DNA from: Dicyema japonicum
Taxonomy: Eukaryota > Animalia > Dicyemida
Assembly (NCBI GenBank): GCA_011109175.1
Contig: RDEW01000009.1
Location: forward strand, 67,735 to 131,236
Direction: 5' to 3'
DNA: 63,502 nucleotides
The notes under the pieces are model-generated. The model was not told where the DNA came from. It did no database searches and was given only the letters and a program-made list of their open reading frames with translations. A program made the translations under genes and the position numbers. Below are positions 11,060-23,877 of the stretch, piece by piece (within the stretch, counting starts at the first letter, position 1; each line of letters begins with the position of its first letter).

Positions 11060-13800
11060 TGATGTAAGAACACATACACTTGTTGTAGATACCAGTGGTT
11101 GATATTCTACGTGGCCACTCCATTCCGAGTAAGCTTCTTAGTTGCCTTCTATGGAACGAATCCAGTTTCAATAGTTCGTTGAAGGAACTTTCCCCATGTC
11201 CCAGCGTTATACAGTAGGATCGGTTTCACAAACGCGTTGTAAAGCCTGCATCTGATGTCAATTCCAAGTCCTTTGGCCCTTAGCCATCCTTTCTTCAGTT
11301 TAGCCATTGCCGCATTTGCCAGTGTTTTCCTCCTTAGTACATCTTCAGCGTCTCCTAGTAGAGAGCCGAGCTTATTAGTACGTCTCCATCTTTCTTGAGT
11401 AATATCGTCTTCTCTTTTGATTTCCGTAATTTCAGTTTTGTTAACATTTACGCTGAGAAACCATTTCTCAAGCTCCGCAGGTGCATTTTCTAGCAGGTGT
11501 TGGAGTGCGGTCACATCCCGTGATACAAAATCCACATCATCCGCATAAGATGTCTCTTCTATGTCTCCTATATAGCATTTACGGAGGTCGCGGAGTGCAG
11601 ATTCAAGGTATATGGTGAATAGTAAAGGGGAGAGGGAATCACCCTGGGGTGTCCCAATCGTTGTTTTGAAACTGCGGGAAGTTGCTCCTTCTGTCCTCAC
11701 AGATAGTCTTGTGTTCGCAAGTAGTAGTCTGATTATCCTAACCGACGATTCATCCAATATTTGCTCAAGCACATTCATCAGTTTCTGTCTGTTTATTGAG
11801 TCGAAAGCTCTGGAGAGATCTATTCCCAACACGGTTGTTGCGCTCTTGAATCTTTGGTGCGTTGCGCAGCGCCATCTGTGGCTCCATACAATGTCTGCCG
11901 TAGACCTCCCTTCTCGGAACCCACTTTGACTTGCTGGTAGGTATAGATTCGCCATACCCTTTATCCGGCTTAGTGCAATGTTTGCCAGCACCTTGCGTAT
12001 CGAATTCAGAAGTATTATCGGGCGGAGATTTTCTACTGGTCCTTTTGATTTGTTCGGTTTTTGTATGGGTATTAATAATCCATTTCCAAGTCCTAGATCG
12101 GTATTAGTTTCAAAGACGTCATTTAGGGTTTTTGCAATTGTGTCGCTAAGTTTTTTTGGCCCATATTTTAGGAGCTCAGGGCTTATGTTGTCCGGCCCAG
12201 CACTCTTGTTGTTCTTCAGTTTATTTATCGCTAATTCCACCTCTTCCACTGTGATTGGGATTTTTAGCGCCTTTGCTTTTCCTTGGAAAGGGGGAAAGTC
12301 ATTATTTTCTTTATTCAACAGTGTTTCGAAGTGTCGTGCAATCAATTCTGCTTTTTCTTTCGGGTTACCCACGAATTTTCCATCTTTGTCTTTGATGTGA
12401 AGGATGTTTTGTCCTTTCTTTGTCCGCAGCAGCCGCAAAGCCGCATACATCCTTGAATTGTCTTTTACATTCCACATCTTTTAATAGGGATGTAATAATT
12501 TCCCGTGAATGTTTTCTGTTCATCTTTTTGATTTTCCACTTTAGTTCCCTTTGTTGGATATTAAGCTCTTTTTTTTACTCTCGTCTGACGTGTTTGCCGC
12601 TTTTAGTCGTAGCTCTCTGCAATGCTTTGCCATATTTGGCACGTTCGGGTGGTGATCCAATTTTAGGGCGTGATGATTTCGGACTCCAAGGCATATTTTG
12701 GCCGACTTGGAGATTGCCTGTTTTGTTTGATCCCACAGAGTTCGTACTGATGATTCCGGTGCGGTTTTCACCATAAGAGTCTCGATTTGTTCGTGATATT
12801 TAGCTCTACAAGTTGGCTCTAACCACAATTTTTCTGTCTGAAAGTATATATTGGGTCTTTGTCTCGCCTTCTTCGCGTTTTCAATGTATTTTTTCCCAGT
12901 CAGGTGCTTTTTTACACAAAGTTTTGCAATGACGATCCTGTGGTCGCTGTCGGTTGTTGTTCCCTGGTAGGAACGTGCATCATTTATCAGGTGTTTATCA
13001 GACTTTCGGCAGATAATGTAGTCGATTTGATTATATATATTCACGGTCTCTCCGACAGAGTTTTTTCTTTGTCCGTGCCACGTCGTCTTGTGGCAAGCTG
13101 AGTGCGTAAAGGCCGTGTTGCACAGGAAAAGGCTATTTCGCCTCGCAGAAGTTTACCAGAGAGGCTCCAGATGCATTTCTCCTTCCGCGCCCGTGTCTTC
13201 CAATAGAGGATTCTTCGGGCCCCATTCGCATTCCGGCCTTTGCATTCATATCTCCCGCAACAAAGACAAGAGACGAGGAAGCATTGTTAGAGTATGTGCT
13301 TGATAGTTCTGAGTAGAATTCCTCGAGTTCACTGGGGTTCTTGATTACTCGTCCACAGTGTGGTGCATAGACATTTATGACGGTTAGTAGACTCTTGGAC
13401 GGGCATAGTTCATTTAGTTTGACTTGTAGGACACATATTCGGTCGTTGACTCTCCAAAGCGATATAATTTTTTGAGGTAATCCACGTGTAGGGCAAATCT
13501 TATGCCGTAGTGCTTGCATTCAGTTGGGAAGAGAATCAGTCGGTAGTTGTTCCATGTCTCATCGCGTCCATTTTCGATTTTCGTCTCTTGTAGGCAGCCA
13601 ATAGATATTTTGTATTTCTCAAGATCGTCACAAAGTACTTTCCTTGTCCAATCTTTCGATATTCCACGTACGTTGAACGTCATTAGCCTGAGTTCTCGAT
13701 TGTATGATGAGTGTTTTTCAGACATTTTTCTTAACCGTTGTACAGAGAAGAAACGAGGCACGTCACCACCTCACCAACAAACGTTTAATGTTGGAAAACG
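11060..13800 (-). mobile_element. RTE-like LINE, near full length (APE + RT), frameshifted
   Basis: APE motifs TFNVRG, CLQETK, NVYAPH, GDMNAK, DSDHR. RT motifs GTPQGDSLSP and YADD. Split over ORFs 13414-13761, 13133-13519, 12541-13044 and 11149-12477. Confidence 0.9.
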
Positions 13801-14379
13801 TTTAATGTTGGAATAAACGTAACCACGTGATTATAACGAATCAGGTGACTTGATCAAATTAAAACATCGTCGCGAGTGTGGTAGAGACATTATACGCAGC
13901 AGAAAATGCTGATGAAGAAACAAAGGACTCCGGACCAATTAACGTTCCAGGTTGTTGTTTTTTGAGTCAATTCGAAGAATAAGCGGAAAATCTTTCCATT
14001 TTCTCAAGAAACTAAAATGTCTGGTTACATTCAAAAACCAGACCCAATGGCTTTTCCATTTGATCTCCGTTGCCATCATGTGAGGAAACACTACGGCATT
14101 TATTTCGGAGGGGAGTAATTGACTAATTATTGATTAAATGATTGTTTAATACAAACAGGGAAAATTCAAGGACATTTTAACCACACGATAAACGGTTTGA
14201 CAGTTAGAATTAACAAATTTACATATCCGACCCGAAGATTTTGAGGTTTTCCCCAAAAATGAGGGTCTTCTCAGTCTTCTCAGAAGCAGAGCCTGGGTTA
14301 GTTGCTGTCATAAAAAGGTTGGAGGAAAAAAGACTGTCTACACAAATGGCAGACAATTAAGTCGCCTCAACTCCCCGAA

Positions 14380-14930
14380 CAATATATCCGTTGATTACGA
14401 CTTCTTGACTTGTTCCAGTACTACTCCAATAGGAAATAGCTTGAAGACTTTTCGCGTCAACTATTTTTCTACATCTACAGCAATATCGTCCAAACATCCA
14501 TTTCAGGACGTGCGGAAACCCCAATCCTCATCCGATAGTGTAGCAAGTGAAGTACATGGTAATGCTCTGAGCCAGGCACACTAAACTATGCTGTTCAAGC
14601 TCAGGTTTTATTTCGTGTATGATCTTTGAGCATAAAAGCTTGCTTTATTCAGTTGTTTATTAGCGTTCTTTGGGAATCCCACACTCAGTTGCGTCCAAAC
14701 TTCCCAAGCCATGCATGCACTGGTTCAGTGTCCGATCCGTTAATGTAGCGTAGGATCTGGCATATGGACTACTGGAAGCATATATCGAAAATAGAAAGCT
14801 GGAGAGGGCGCGGTCTAGTGATGAGCGTATTCCGATTCCTCCGTAGCAAAGCGGTATTTTGCATTGGATCCATCCAGTTTTATGAAAAAAATGTTGAGTG
14901 TTTTTTCACGTCAGTCCTCAGCATCGAATT
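14380..14930 (-). mobile_element. Degenerate CRE-like retrotransposon fragment
   Basis: WIQCKIPLCYGGIGIRSS and CAWLRALP...LSDE match WLQASLPVAYGGLG and GAWMNAYP...LLDDE of the 40.4 kb ORF. Confidence 0.7.
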
Positions 14931-15359
14931 AAACCCCCAAATCTGTCTACTTAGTTAAAGATTGATGAGAGCACATAGCTTTCTTCCCATGAGGATGGAA
15001 TGAGTGACGTAATGGGGAGACATAGGGAGCCCAAAGTTATGAACAAAAGGATTGTCGGAGACAAGTAGGATCCGAGTTTCAATCTAGTGAAAATTATAAT
15101 TTTGGTTTAAATCCAAAATGAAACCCGCTTGAAATCAGTCTTCGAGTTAGATGTCAGAAATTAATTGAGTCTTCTTGAGGAAGCAAGTTGACAAAAATGT
15201 TTTTTCCGTAATTTTTATCGAGAAATACTTATAATTTAATTAATTTATTTTTTTTAAATAGAATATAATTTATAAAAATATTAATTATGTGAATTTAAAT
15301 AAGATTAAGTGGGATTATTTGTACGATCTTGTGTTGTTTACCGAATTGCATCAAATTAA

Positions 15360-15535
15360 CTGCATTATCTGCCGATGGTGTTGTCCTCGTAACAGAGGAT
15401 GTTAAAGTCGGCATACATCAATCGTTCATGTACCCATATGAACGTACATTTCCCAATATTACTAACTTTATATGCATGATCTCACTGGGCATTAGTCAGA
15501 TATCCATTTGAAATGAGGAGCATCAGACGCATATA
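15360..15535. repeat. Second copy of the 5765-5945 repeat
   Basis: Direct sequence similarity. Confidence 0.8.
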
Positions 15536-17439
15536 CTTGGGTTTCTCATGTCTACCACAAATCGGAAGACTCTGCTTTAAGAATTATCGGTAATCTACGC
15601 AGACTGATTTACATAGTAATGTTAAACTCTGAAGTGATTAGGAGTATTAAACGTTCGCCAACGGTGAGGTTTCCATAGCTCCTAGGAATGACCAACAAAC
15701 GTGGCAATGTTTATTGTCTTTAACCGTTTGAGTATAATTTGTTACTAATTTATTTGTTCCACTACCAATAACTATAGTAATGTTAAATTAATTTGTAATT
15801 TTTATTAAAAACCCTTGATTTTTACAAGATGCTTTATATTTGAAATTCTTTTAGTAACAGGTACTCTAATGTCTTCTCTTGCAAATAATTAAATTTCCCT
15901 GCGACCCTCAAACTCTAATTTCATTTGTTTTTGATCGATAGTCGATTCAGGATTAAAATTATTCTGAACAAACTAATGATGACAACTGGTTTAGTAAAAT
16001 TCAGTCAAGTCTTGAAATTAAATTTATTTCATGTTTTCTAACATCTTTTCTGTTTTTTATTGATCTGCTCCACTGTAATAGCTATAATCGTCAACAAAGT
16101 TGATAAAACATTTATTTTAAAAAATTAACTAACTGAGTCAATAGAGCGGGTATCATTGATTCTTCTCTCCTTGAGACAGGCCTTCCCACACTTCGGCTCG
16201 TCGCAGCATACCGTTTGGAACGTCATGAATCGATTTTTTTTCATTAATCAGACTTTAGATCAACCATCATCCTTCAATAGCATGTCTTTTCAGGTTAGTC
16301 CCAATATTGATATTAGTCTCCCGTGAGCCGTCCGCTATGACCGACATGGTAGATAAAATACTAAATCTGTGCTTCTCTGTGTATGTTCCTGTTTGTGGCA
16401 TTCGATTTTCAGGCAAAGACAATTTTCAATACGTGTGCCTAGAACCATGTAAAAATGATCTTTATGGCATAAATGGCAAGTAAGTACGGACGAGAGACTG
16501 GTGACCGACTTAAAGGAGGTTGAAATTTCGATAGAAAATAAAATCCTGAACATTTGGGTTTATTTATGTATTGAAAGAGTTATAGACAAAATGATGTTGT
16601 CTATATTGGAAATCAAAGCAGATGATATTTCTGACCCCCTGGCGGCAAGTTCTGACTTCGACTTCAATGTCTGCTGGATCACTGTTCCTAGCTGATTGCT
16701 GTAGTGGAACGCCTCAGGAGCACGGGATTGGTTAGTTTGTTTTTACTGCTGGTCTGGCTATAATTTTTTTCATTCAACTAAAATATGAAAATCACTATCC
16801 CAGAGACTCTTTGAGTCTCCAATGACTAAAGAAACCCTTTGGATTTCTGCATTTAGTTAAAGCAGTACTAGAAAATTAGCATGACCTTCGTTTTTTGATG
16901 ATAATTGGCCGCCTTAAAATGAGTAAAGTTTTCACAAAAACTAATCCAATACGAATCCACGTGCGCATAAGCAAATTTCAAGTTATAAACAATTATACCT
17001 GTCAAACCAGTTAGTCTAGTGTTTTGTAGGTCTGAGGGTTGTGGTGACCTATTTCTATTTCACACGACGTCTACTAAGCTTCATGATAAGTGAATTATTA
17101 TTTCTGAGATGTAATTCCCCGAGTTGTCAATTTTTGGACGAACAAAATTCGATCCTGGATCCTACGAGCCTGGACACTTCCTTTGTTTAGAACTTCGGGT
17201 TTCTGATGTCTCTTCAAAAAACATAGACTCAATAGAAAAAGACAATACTTTCATCTATCGGATCAACATACTTAAGTAGAAATTTTACTCGATAGAGGTA
17301 CTTCACTTAAACCTTCGACCAATTGGCCACTCAGGTCACTGGTCCTAAAGTACAATCGAATACTCATCGGCTACATGTTAATCTTATGACAATTGGTTTA
17401 TCTGTCAGCTGACATGAATTTTTTAGGTAAATGTAACTT

Positions 17440-17572
17440 AGGGATCTATCCCCTTTGTAGTTTCTTAGTCAATATCTACGCTTATCAGGGATCTATCCAC
17501 TTTGTGGCTGCATAATAAATGCCCACCGTTTATCAAGGATCTATCCTCTTTATGGCTTCTTAGTAAATGTCA
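17440..17572. repeat. Three diverged ~47-bp tandem units beginning ggatctatcc
   Basis: agggatctatcccctttgtag / agggatctatccactttgtgg / aaggatctatcctctttatgg. Confidence 0.65.
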
Positions 17573-17989
17573 GTTAAATTTTGTATGAAAATGACCTCAA
17601 TCAGCCATTTTCTCCTCGGTTGTCCCTTCTCCTTTTCACTATAAATGATCCGCTGACACTTTGCAGGGAAAGGGATTTGGATTCTACAACCCAGAAGTTC
17701 CAGCTGATACGGGGTAGGAAACAAACTAACCTCCTAAGGTCCTGTATTTTTTCTTTAAGGGGTTCGATTCTCGCTGATGTTGATCATGTGCGAGTGACTT
17801 ACGAGACCATCTACACGAGAGGTGTCCCAAACCTGGAATTTGCCTCCACGGGAAAAGAGTCCCGTCAGGCCTTTTATTCGTGCTGTAAGTCAAAGCGGAA
17901 GTATCTATAATATTTAATAAATATGCTGATATATTAAAAGATAAAATTAAATATTTGATGATGCAATTACCGGTCGATTATATATATGC

Positions 17990-18254
17990 CGGTCACGCTA
18001 GTTTGACAAAAATGGATAAAGTTGGCTGATTTATTACTTTGTAGAGTAATTTGAGAAACCCTGCCGAAGGACACTTGCATTTCTTTGAGAAGACATACTT
18101 CGAACTTTCCCCAACCACCTTAAATCCCAACTATCCCGAGAAGGAGAGCAATCCTTATTTGGAAGTCCCCAAGGAGTTGGTCGAAATGTTCACAAACAGG
18201 TCACATTTGATTATCATTTGTAGGTTCTATGCCAACCCTGATTTTAGACTTTAG
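17990..18254 (+). pseudogene. Fragment of unidentified intron-containing gene, copy B
   Basis: Introns 18021-18044 and 18200-18223 (24 nt each) sit at the same positions as in copy A. Differences from copy A are mostly at third codon positions. Confidence 0.6.
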
Positions 18255-18539
18255 GTCTTAACTCTTTTGGGTCGATAAGTCTTTGTTTTGATTACTTTTT
18301 AACCACAATAAAAAATTAGGCCATCTTTGTTTACATTTCAGTCATTATTTTACACTTCAGCGATAACATTTGTTTCTTTCAAATGTCCTTTCTCGACCAC
18401 GTAAATGCGCGACTAAATCTCCCTCAAACGTCGCATTTGCCTAGAAAATTATTTTTCTTAATATGGCGTGACATCGTTCTAGTATTAATTTATGCATGAT
18501 TAATTTTCAATTAATAAATATGCATAAATCGGTTGATTT

Positions 18540-19250
18540 ATTTTTCCATCAGTTCTTCTTTAATTGCGGGTGCAGACTCTGCCCAACAAAAAAGTTGAAA
18601 AGCAGTAGGCTTATTTGGGTCTCTCCTGATCACGTTGGATCGAGCCTTCTTCGTTATTCCTTCGGATTAGGATCTTCAAAGGTGTCGGCATCATGTTCTT
18701 TTTATCCGAAGATCACTTCTCTGTCTTTACAAAAGCCTTTTTTGTGTAGCCGCGAGTTTCTGATCATTAGTCCAATAGATGTAAGCTTCCCATGAGGCAC
18801 ATGCATAGGAATTCCTTAGCTTAATAATTTGACAGTAAAGTTTTAAAAAATATGACTTTCCCCTTCCTACAATAGAAAAATAAAAATTTCTAATAATGAT
18901 GTAATAATTTGATTAATAAAGATTGTCCTTATCACATGTTTGCTTAGTGGTTTTTTGATTTTCCTTCCTAAAATAATCAATGCAACTCCTCGGGATCTTC
19001 GCCCAAAAAGGCCATATCCGAACCTCGGATTTTATCGGATGAACTTGGTTTTTATGATCCCGTATATGAACTGTGTCAGAAATCATGGGAGAGGGTTTTT
19101 ACAAGTTTTCCATCATAGAGTTAGAGAAGAGCCTAATCAACACCTCCTTGCTTGTGCGTTGAGAGTACCAGATATTAGCTCAATGCTTATTCACCCTCGA
19201 TTGTTGGAACTTTTGTGAATAATAAGAGTCTTCTTGTCAGTATTAGCTTC
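18540..19250 (-). mobile_element. Degenerate Ingi/Jockey-like LINE fragment
   Basis: WEAYIYWTNDQKLAATQKR matches the 1.6-1.9 kb fragment. Confidence 0.5.
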
Positions 19251-20109
19251 TATTTCGGACTTGACGTTTGCAATCGTCACATGAGTCGTTGCGGGGGGTC
19301 TGATGGACACACAGCTATATTCCTGATATTTAATCAAAAACATTGCCAGAACTATCGCGGCTCGGATTGATGAATATTAGTTAAAAAGAATTAATAATTA
19401 AATTTTTTACAAAAACTACAAATTTTAATTATTGATAATTCTCGGTGTCACATTTGTCAAAATTATTCAAATCTTACTTTCCTCAAACTTCCAAAAATAC
19501 AACAGCCATACTTCAACATTATCAATTTTTTTAAATCTTCATTTTTAAATGTCCTCTGTGAAGCAATTTGTATCGACGAGATTTATGAAAATTATTATGG
19601 GAGTTAAAGATAAATGTGCGACACGCTATCGTATTTGTTGGAGAAACATGGAACCGAGTAAATATGAGCACAATAAATAATTGTTGGAAGTAAATAGACG
19701 AATTTAGAAATAATGCTCACGAAATTTGTCCAAGTATTTAGTCTGATCTTCTGGAGACTCAAATATCAAGTTTAATGCTTGTCTTGAAGCAGCTCGAGTA
19801 TATTATGATTTCAGACTGAACGTCTCCAAGAAATTACGGAAAAATACAATATTGGGCGGAAAATTAGCGATTAATTTTATAATTAATAAAAAAAATGGGT
19901 TTTTTATTTTAAATTGCTATTTAATTTAAAAAAATAAAAAATAGTATATAAAAAATTGATAAATTATCTTACTCTGTATTTGGGGGGCTTTTCCATTGGA
20001 GCGGGGGCTGAACTGTATTATTATTAATGAAATGCGGAACGTGGGACTTCTGGAAAGTCTCCAATGCCTCTAGAATCCTTAATACTTAAGAACCGAAGAA
20101 CGTGTTGTT

Positions 20110-22290
20110 GCGGGTAAAAGGAACCAGTTATACGGCAAAGGCCTAATTAAATGGGTTCAAAGGAGAAACATCGTGCCAAGCTGAATCATCTTTCGGAGTG
20201 ATTCGTCGAAACTTCTTTCTGATCGGATTTTCTACGTTTACCGTCAAAAACTATTTTTGGAATATTTTCGGGAGCACATTGTATATTCACCTCAAAGTGT
20301 TCATATTATCTGATACAAAGTCCAGATCATCTTCACAGATAATCATAGTAATCGTTTTTTATATCTGATCTAAAGTCTCCCAGGGTGGCCTCAAGGTAAT
20401 CAATAAGATCACGGGGGACAGTCCACTTGCAGTAGACCCCACATTATGAGAAAATATCTTGATGTAGTTTTTCCGATTCATGCAGCAAGTTGTGTATTCT
20501 TGAGCAACTGATTTATCATTTTTGCTTCATCTTGTGGAGGAAACTGTTTAATACTTTCAACATGCCTCAGTGGATGGAGTCAAAAACTCGAGTCGTGTCG
20601 ACCTCAAACATTTCAACGCACCTTTTGTATTTTTGACATAAGACAACTTCCCATCTATGTGCCCAGATTACGTCCCCGTCGGTCTTCTTCCCGACATCCG
20701 TTTTGTACAGGGGATAAAAAACGTCCTTTTGGTTTTCCTGACATCGGTAGGAGAATTAACCACCCGCTGACAATATCTAGTTCTGGTCATCTTCAAGAGC
20801 TTTTTCAGTTTGTGTGATAACCTCTGCCAGCTCGAAGGCCCATATTTGAGCCCTTTTACTGTTAAGCTTCTTAATGGTGTTTCTGAGTCACCAATAGAAT
20901 GATATAAGGATGTTTTGAGCATTCGGATTATCTTGGATTTCATTTGTTAAAGATCTAAAAAATAGTCTGTTCCCCCCTAGTTTGTCATACACGGTAATGT
21001 GGTTGTTCTTTTTTTCTGTATTTACTAGTCGGACTGCTTTAAAAATTATCGTTCCGTCCTCATACTTTACAATTTCGGCCATGTTTTGTAAATCATTGAT
21101 TTTTTTAATATTCTTCCACAGAGTGTTCTTGGTTTTTTCTGTTTTGTTTTATTTACTTCGAGTCTCAGTTTGGTCTGTTCAGCAGAAATTGAAACAATCT
21201 TATGTTATTGTGTTTGGTTTCACTTTATGGAAAGTCCCCAAGATAGAGGATGAAGTTTTTTTCACTGCAAGAATAACCTTCTTACATGTGATGTTCGTCG
21301 ACTGATTTTTGTCTGATTTCGACTAATCAGACTATTTTCCTTTCTAAGTTCTTGGTTTTACTTGAGTCTCTTTGACTTGCCTTAAACAAGTTTTTCTGTA
21401 TCAATGATATCTGTGTACCTTGTTCTGTGCATACCAACTGTCCCGTGCAATCTCTTCTAAACAATCCAAGCCACAAATAGTTTATGGTCACTAATGTCTC
21501 AAGATCGTCGTAGGATCTGGCTTCGACAATGTGTTTTTCACATTTTTTCTTATGATGTAATCAATTTGGTGGTAAATTTTGTGAATGTTTCCATTTTTAT
21601 TTTTTCTTGAGCCTTTCCAAGCAGTCTTATGCCTTGCTCGGTGGTCGAAGGCAGTGTTCATTAAGACATAAGCCATGCAGAAGTGGATTAGCGACTCTCT
21701 AGGAGAATTTTGGCAATCTCTCCCATGCGACCCGAGGCAGATCTCTCCGTATTGGGCTCTCCCAGCTATCGCATTCAAATCACCAGCAATAAAGGTTAAA
21801 TTTGACGACGATAAAGTTGTATGTCTCCATAAGGCTGGAATAAATGCGTCCAGTTATTCAAGATTAGAATTGACTCGAGTTCCTGTTGGCGAATATATTT
21901 ATGATTTATTTGATGGGATTTTTTTTATCCCCAAAATATATTTGCATGAAAGACCGCTCCTATTGTTATCGCAAACGGCTCCGATCTTGTGACACGATTG
22001 TATAGGTGGTAGTGGACTGCGAACCCAAGTTCGTAATGCCGACATGTGCTAGGGTGTGATATATAAAAATTGTAGCCATTATAGTGCTTTCCGCGGTCGT
22101 CTTTGTTTCTTTGAGGCAGCAAACTCTGCTATGATGACTCAAGAGATTCCATAAAAGCTGATGCTTTTTGTAATCGAAATTCAGTCTTCTTATATTGAAG
22201 CTTCTAATGAAAACGTGGAAGAAAGTGTAAATCGCGAAGAAGACATATCTGTAGAACAGAGGCACGCCATCACCTCACCAATAAAACAAT
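20110..22290 (-). mobile_element. Degenerate RTE-like LINE, same family as 11.06-13.8 kb
   Basis: 5' UTR match (gaggcacgYcaYcacctcacca). Fragments HKIYHQIDYII, DVIWAHRW and EDDLDFVSD align with the first copy. Confidence 0.8.
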
Positions 22291-22313
22291 ATATCATTGA
22301 TTTTAAATTATTA

Positions 22314-23749
22314 CAGGGTTTTCCTATTTATTTAATAACTTTGTCATAAAATTTAATAACTTTGTCAAAAAATTTAATAACTTCGTCATAAATTTAATAA
22401 CTTTGTCAAAATGTTTAATAATTCGTCAAAATACTTAATAACTTTGTCAAAATGTTTAATAACTTTGTCAAAATGTTTAATAACTTTGTCATAATGTTTA
22501 ATAACTTTGTAAAGATTATTATTTATATTTTTGGGATTATTATTTATATTTTTGGGATCATTATTTATATTTATTGGATCATTATTTATATTTATTGGAT
22601 CATATCGTCAAAAAATACAAAAATACAGGAAGTTTTTGCTTCAACAAAAAATAATTGTGGACGAAAGAAAAAACTTAATTCATCGGACATCTTATTTTTG
22701 ACTAAAAAAAATTGAAGAAGATGCTTCATTTACTCTGAAGAATTTAAAAAATTCTTTATTTGATGTGCAAAGAAAAAATGTCTCTTTATCGACAATAAAT
22801 AGGACGCTAGATACATTTGGATATAGTTTTAAAAAGATTCAATTTGTACCTATGGCGAGAAATTCTACAATAAATATGGAAGAAAGATCTGCCAGAAAAA
22901 TAATTGAAGTTGATAATCAACGGCTTATTTTTATAGACGAAATGGGAGTCAATTGTTTGATGAGATCCAAATTTGGAAAATCTATAAAAGGAGTTACTTC
23001 GAAAAAATGTACTAGAAACACAAGAGAGAAAAATTTCTCTATTTGTGCTGCTATTTCTGTGGACGGCCTTTTACATTACGGAATCAATTCTCTTATCGCG
23101 CGGAGACGTTCATTGATTTTGTAATACAGCTTAATTATAAGCTTGAACATGCAGGGAAAAAAAGTATGGTTATATATTATATTTAAGACATGGTATTGAT
23201 ATGTGACAATGCATCAATTCACAAGAGCGAACAATTAAAAAAATGTTGTATTCGGAACTGGTATCCAATTAATTTTTAACGTGTATAGGGTATGAATTGT
23301 ATTTTTTGCCTCCTTATTCTCCTCCATTTTATCCAAATTAAGAGTTTTTTTCTGTTTGAAAAAATAACATCGAAAAGAAAAAATTGTAGGAACTCTGAGG
23401 AATTAATAATCGCAATACAAAACATCGGAGAAATTCCATCAGATGTGTGAAATAATTTGTTATAGCCACATGCGGAAATATTTAGTTAAAGCATTGGCTA
23501 ATGAAGAATTTTAATTTATAGTTGTTTTTTTCAATTAATTATAAAAATTGGTTTCTTTTAATTTGACCTTTGACAAAGTTATTAAACATTTTGACAGAGT
23601 TATTAAGTATTTTGACGAATTATTAAACATTTTGACAAAATTATTAAATTTTATGACAAAGTTATTAAATTTTATGACAAAGTTATTAAATTTTTTGACA
23701 AAGTTATTAAATTTTATGACAAAGTTATTAAATAAATAGGAAAACCCTG
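22314..23749 (+). mobile_element. Tc1/IS630-type DNA transposon, copy 1 (N-terminal coding deletion)
   Basis: TA|CAGGGTTTTCC...GGAAAACCCTG|TA. ~190-bp TIRs made of 21-bp arrays. FIDEMG, CDNASIH and LPPYSP motifs. Introns at 23164-23187 and 23261-23288. Confidence 0.92.
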
Positions 23750-23877
23750 TATAAAATGTCGCAAATGTACTCAATGTGGATCAAAAAAATTAAATAAAAT
23801 TATAACTTTATTATTTATTAAAAATATTTTTGGAAATAAATAAATTTAAACACACTTCTAATCTGTCATGTTTTAAA

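Noticed and set aside
11612-12776. Plus-strand ORFs of 105-140 aa, and similarly 42046-42438 and 31105-31458
   Set aside because: They are antisense shadows of RT/APE coding sequence.
17755-17780. tRNA T-arm-like GGTTCGATTC (also ~51440)
   Set aside because: No acceptor, D or anticodon stems at the required spacing. The second lies inside an R4-like coding tail.
22452-23774. Heptad-repeat ORFs (FNNFVKM, IIIYIFG, LLNFMTK), also 31543-31734
   Set aside because: They are translations of the 21-bp TIR arrays.
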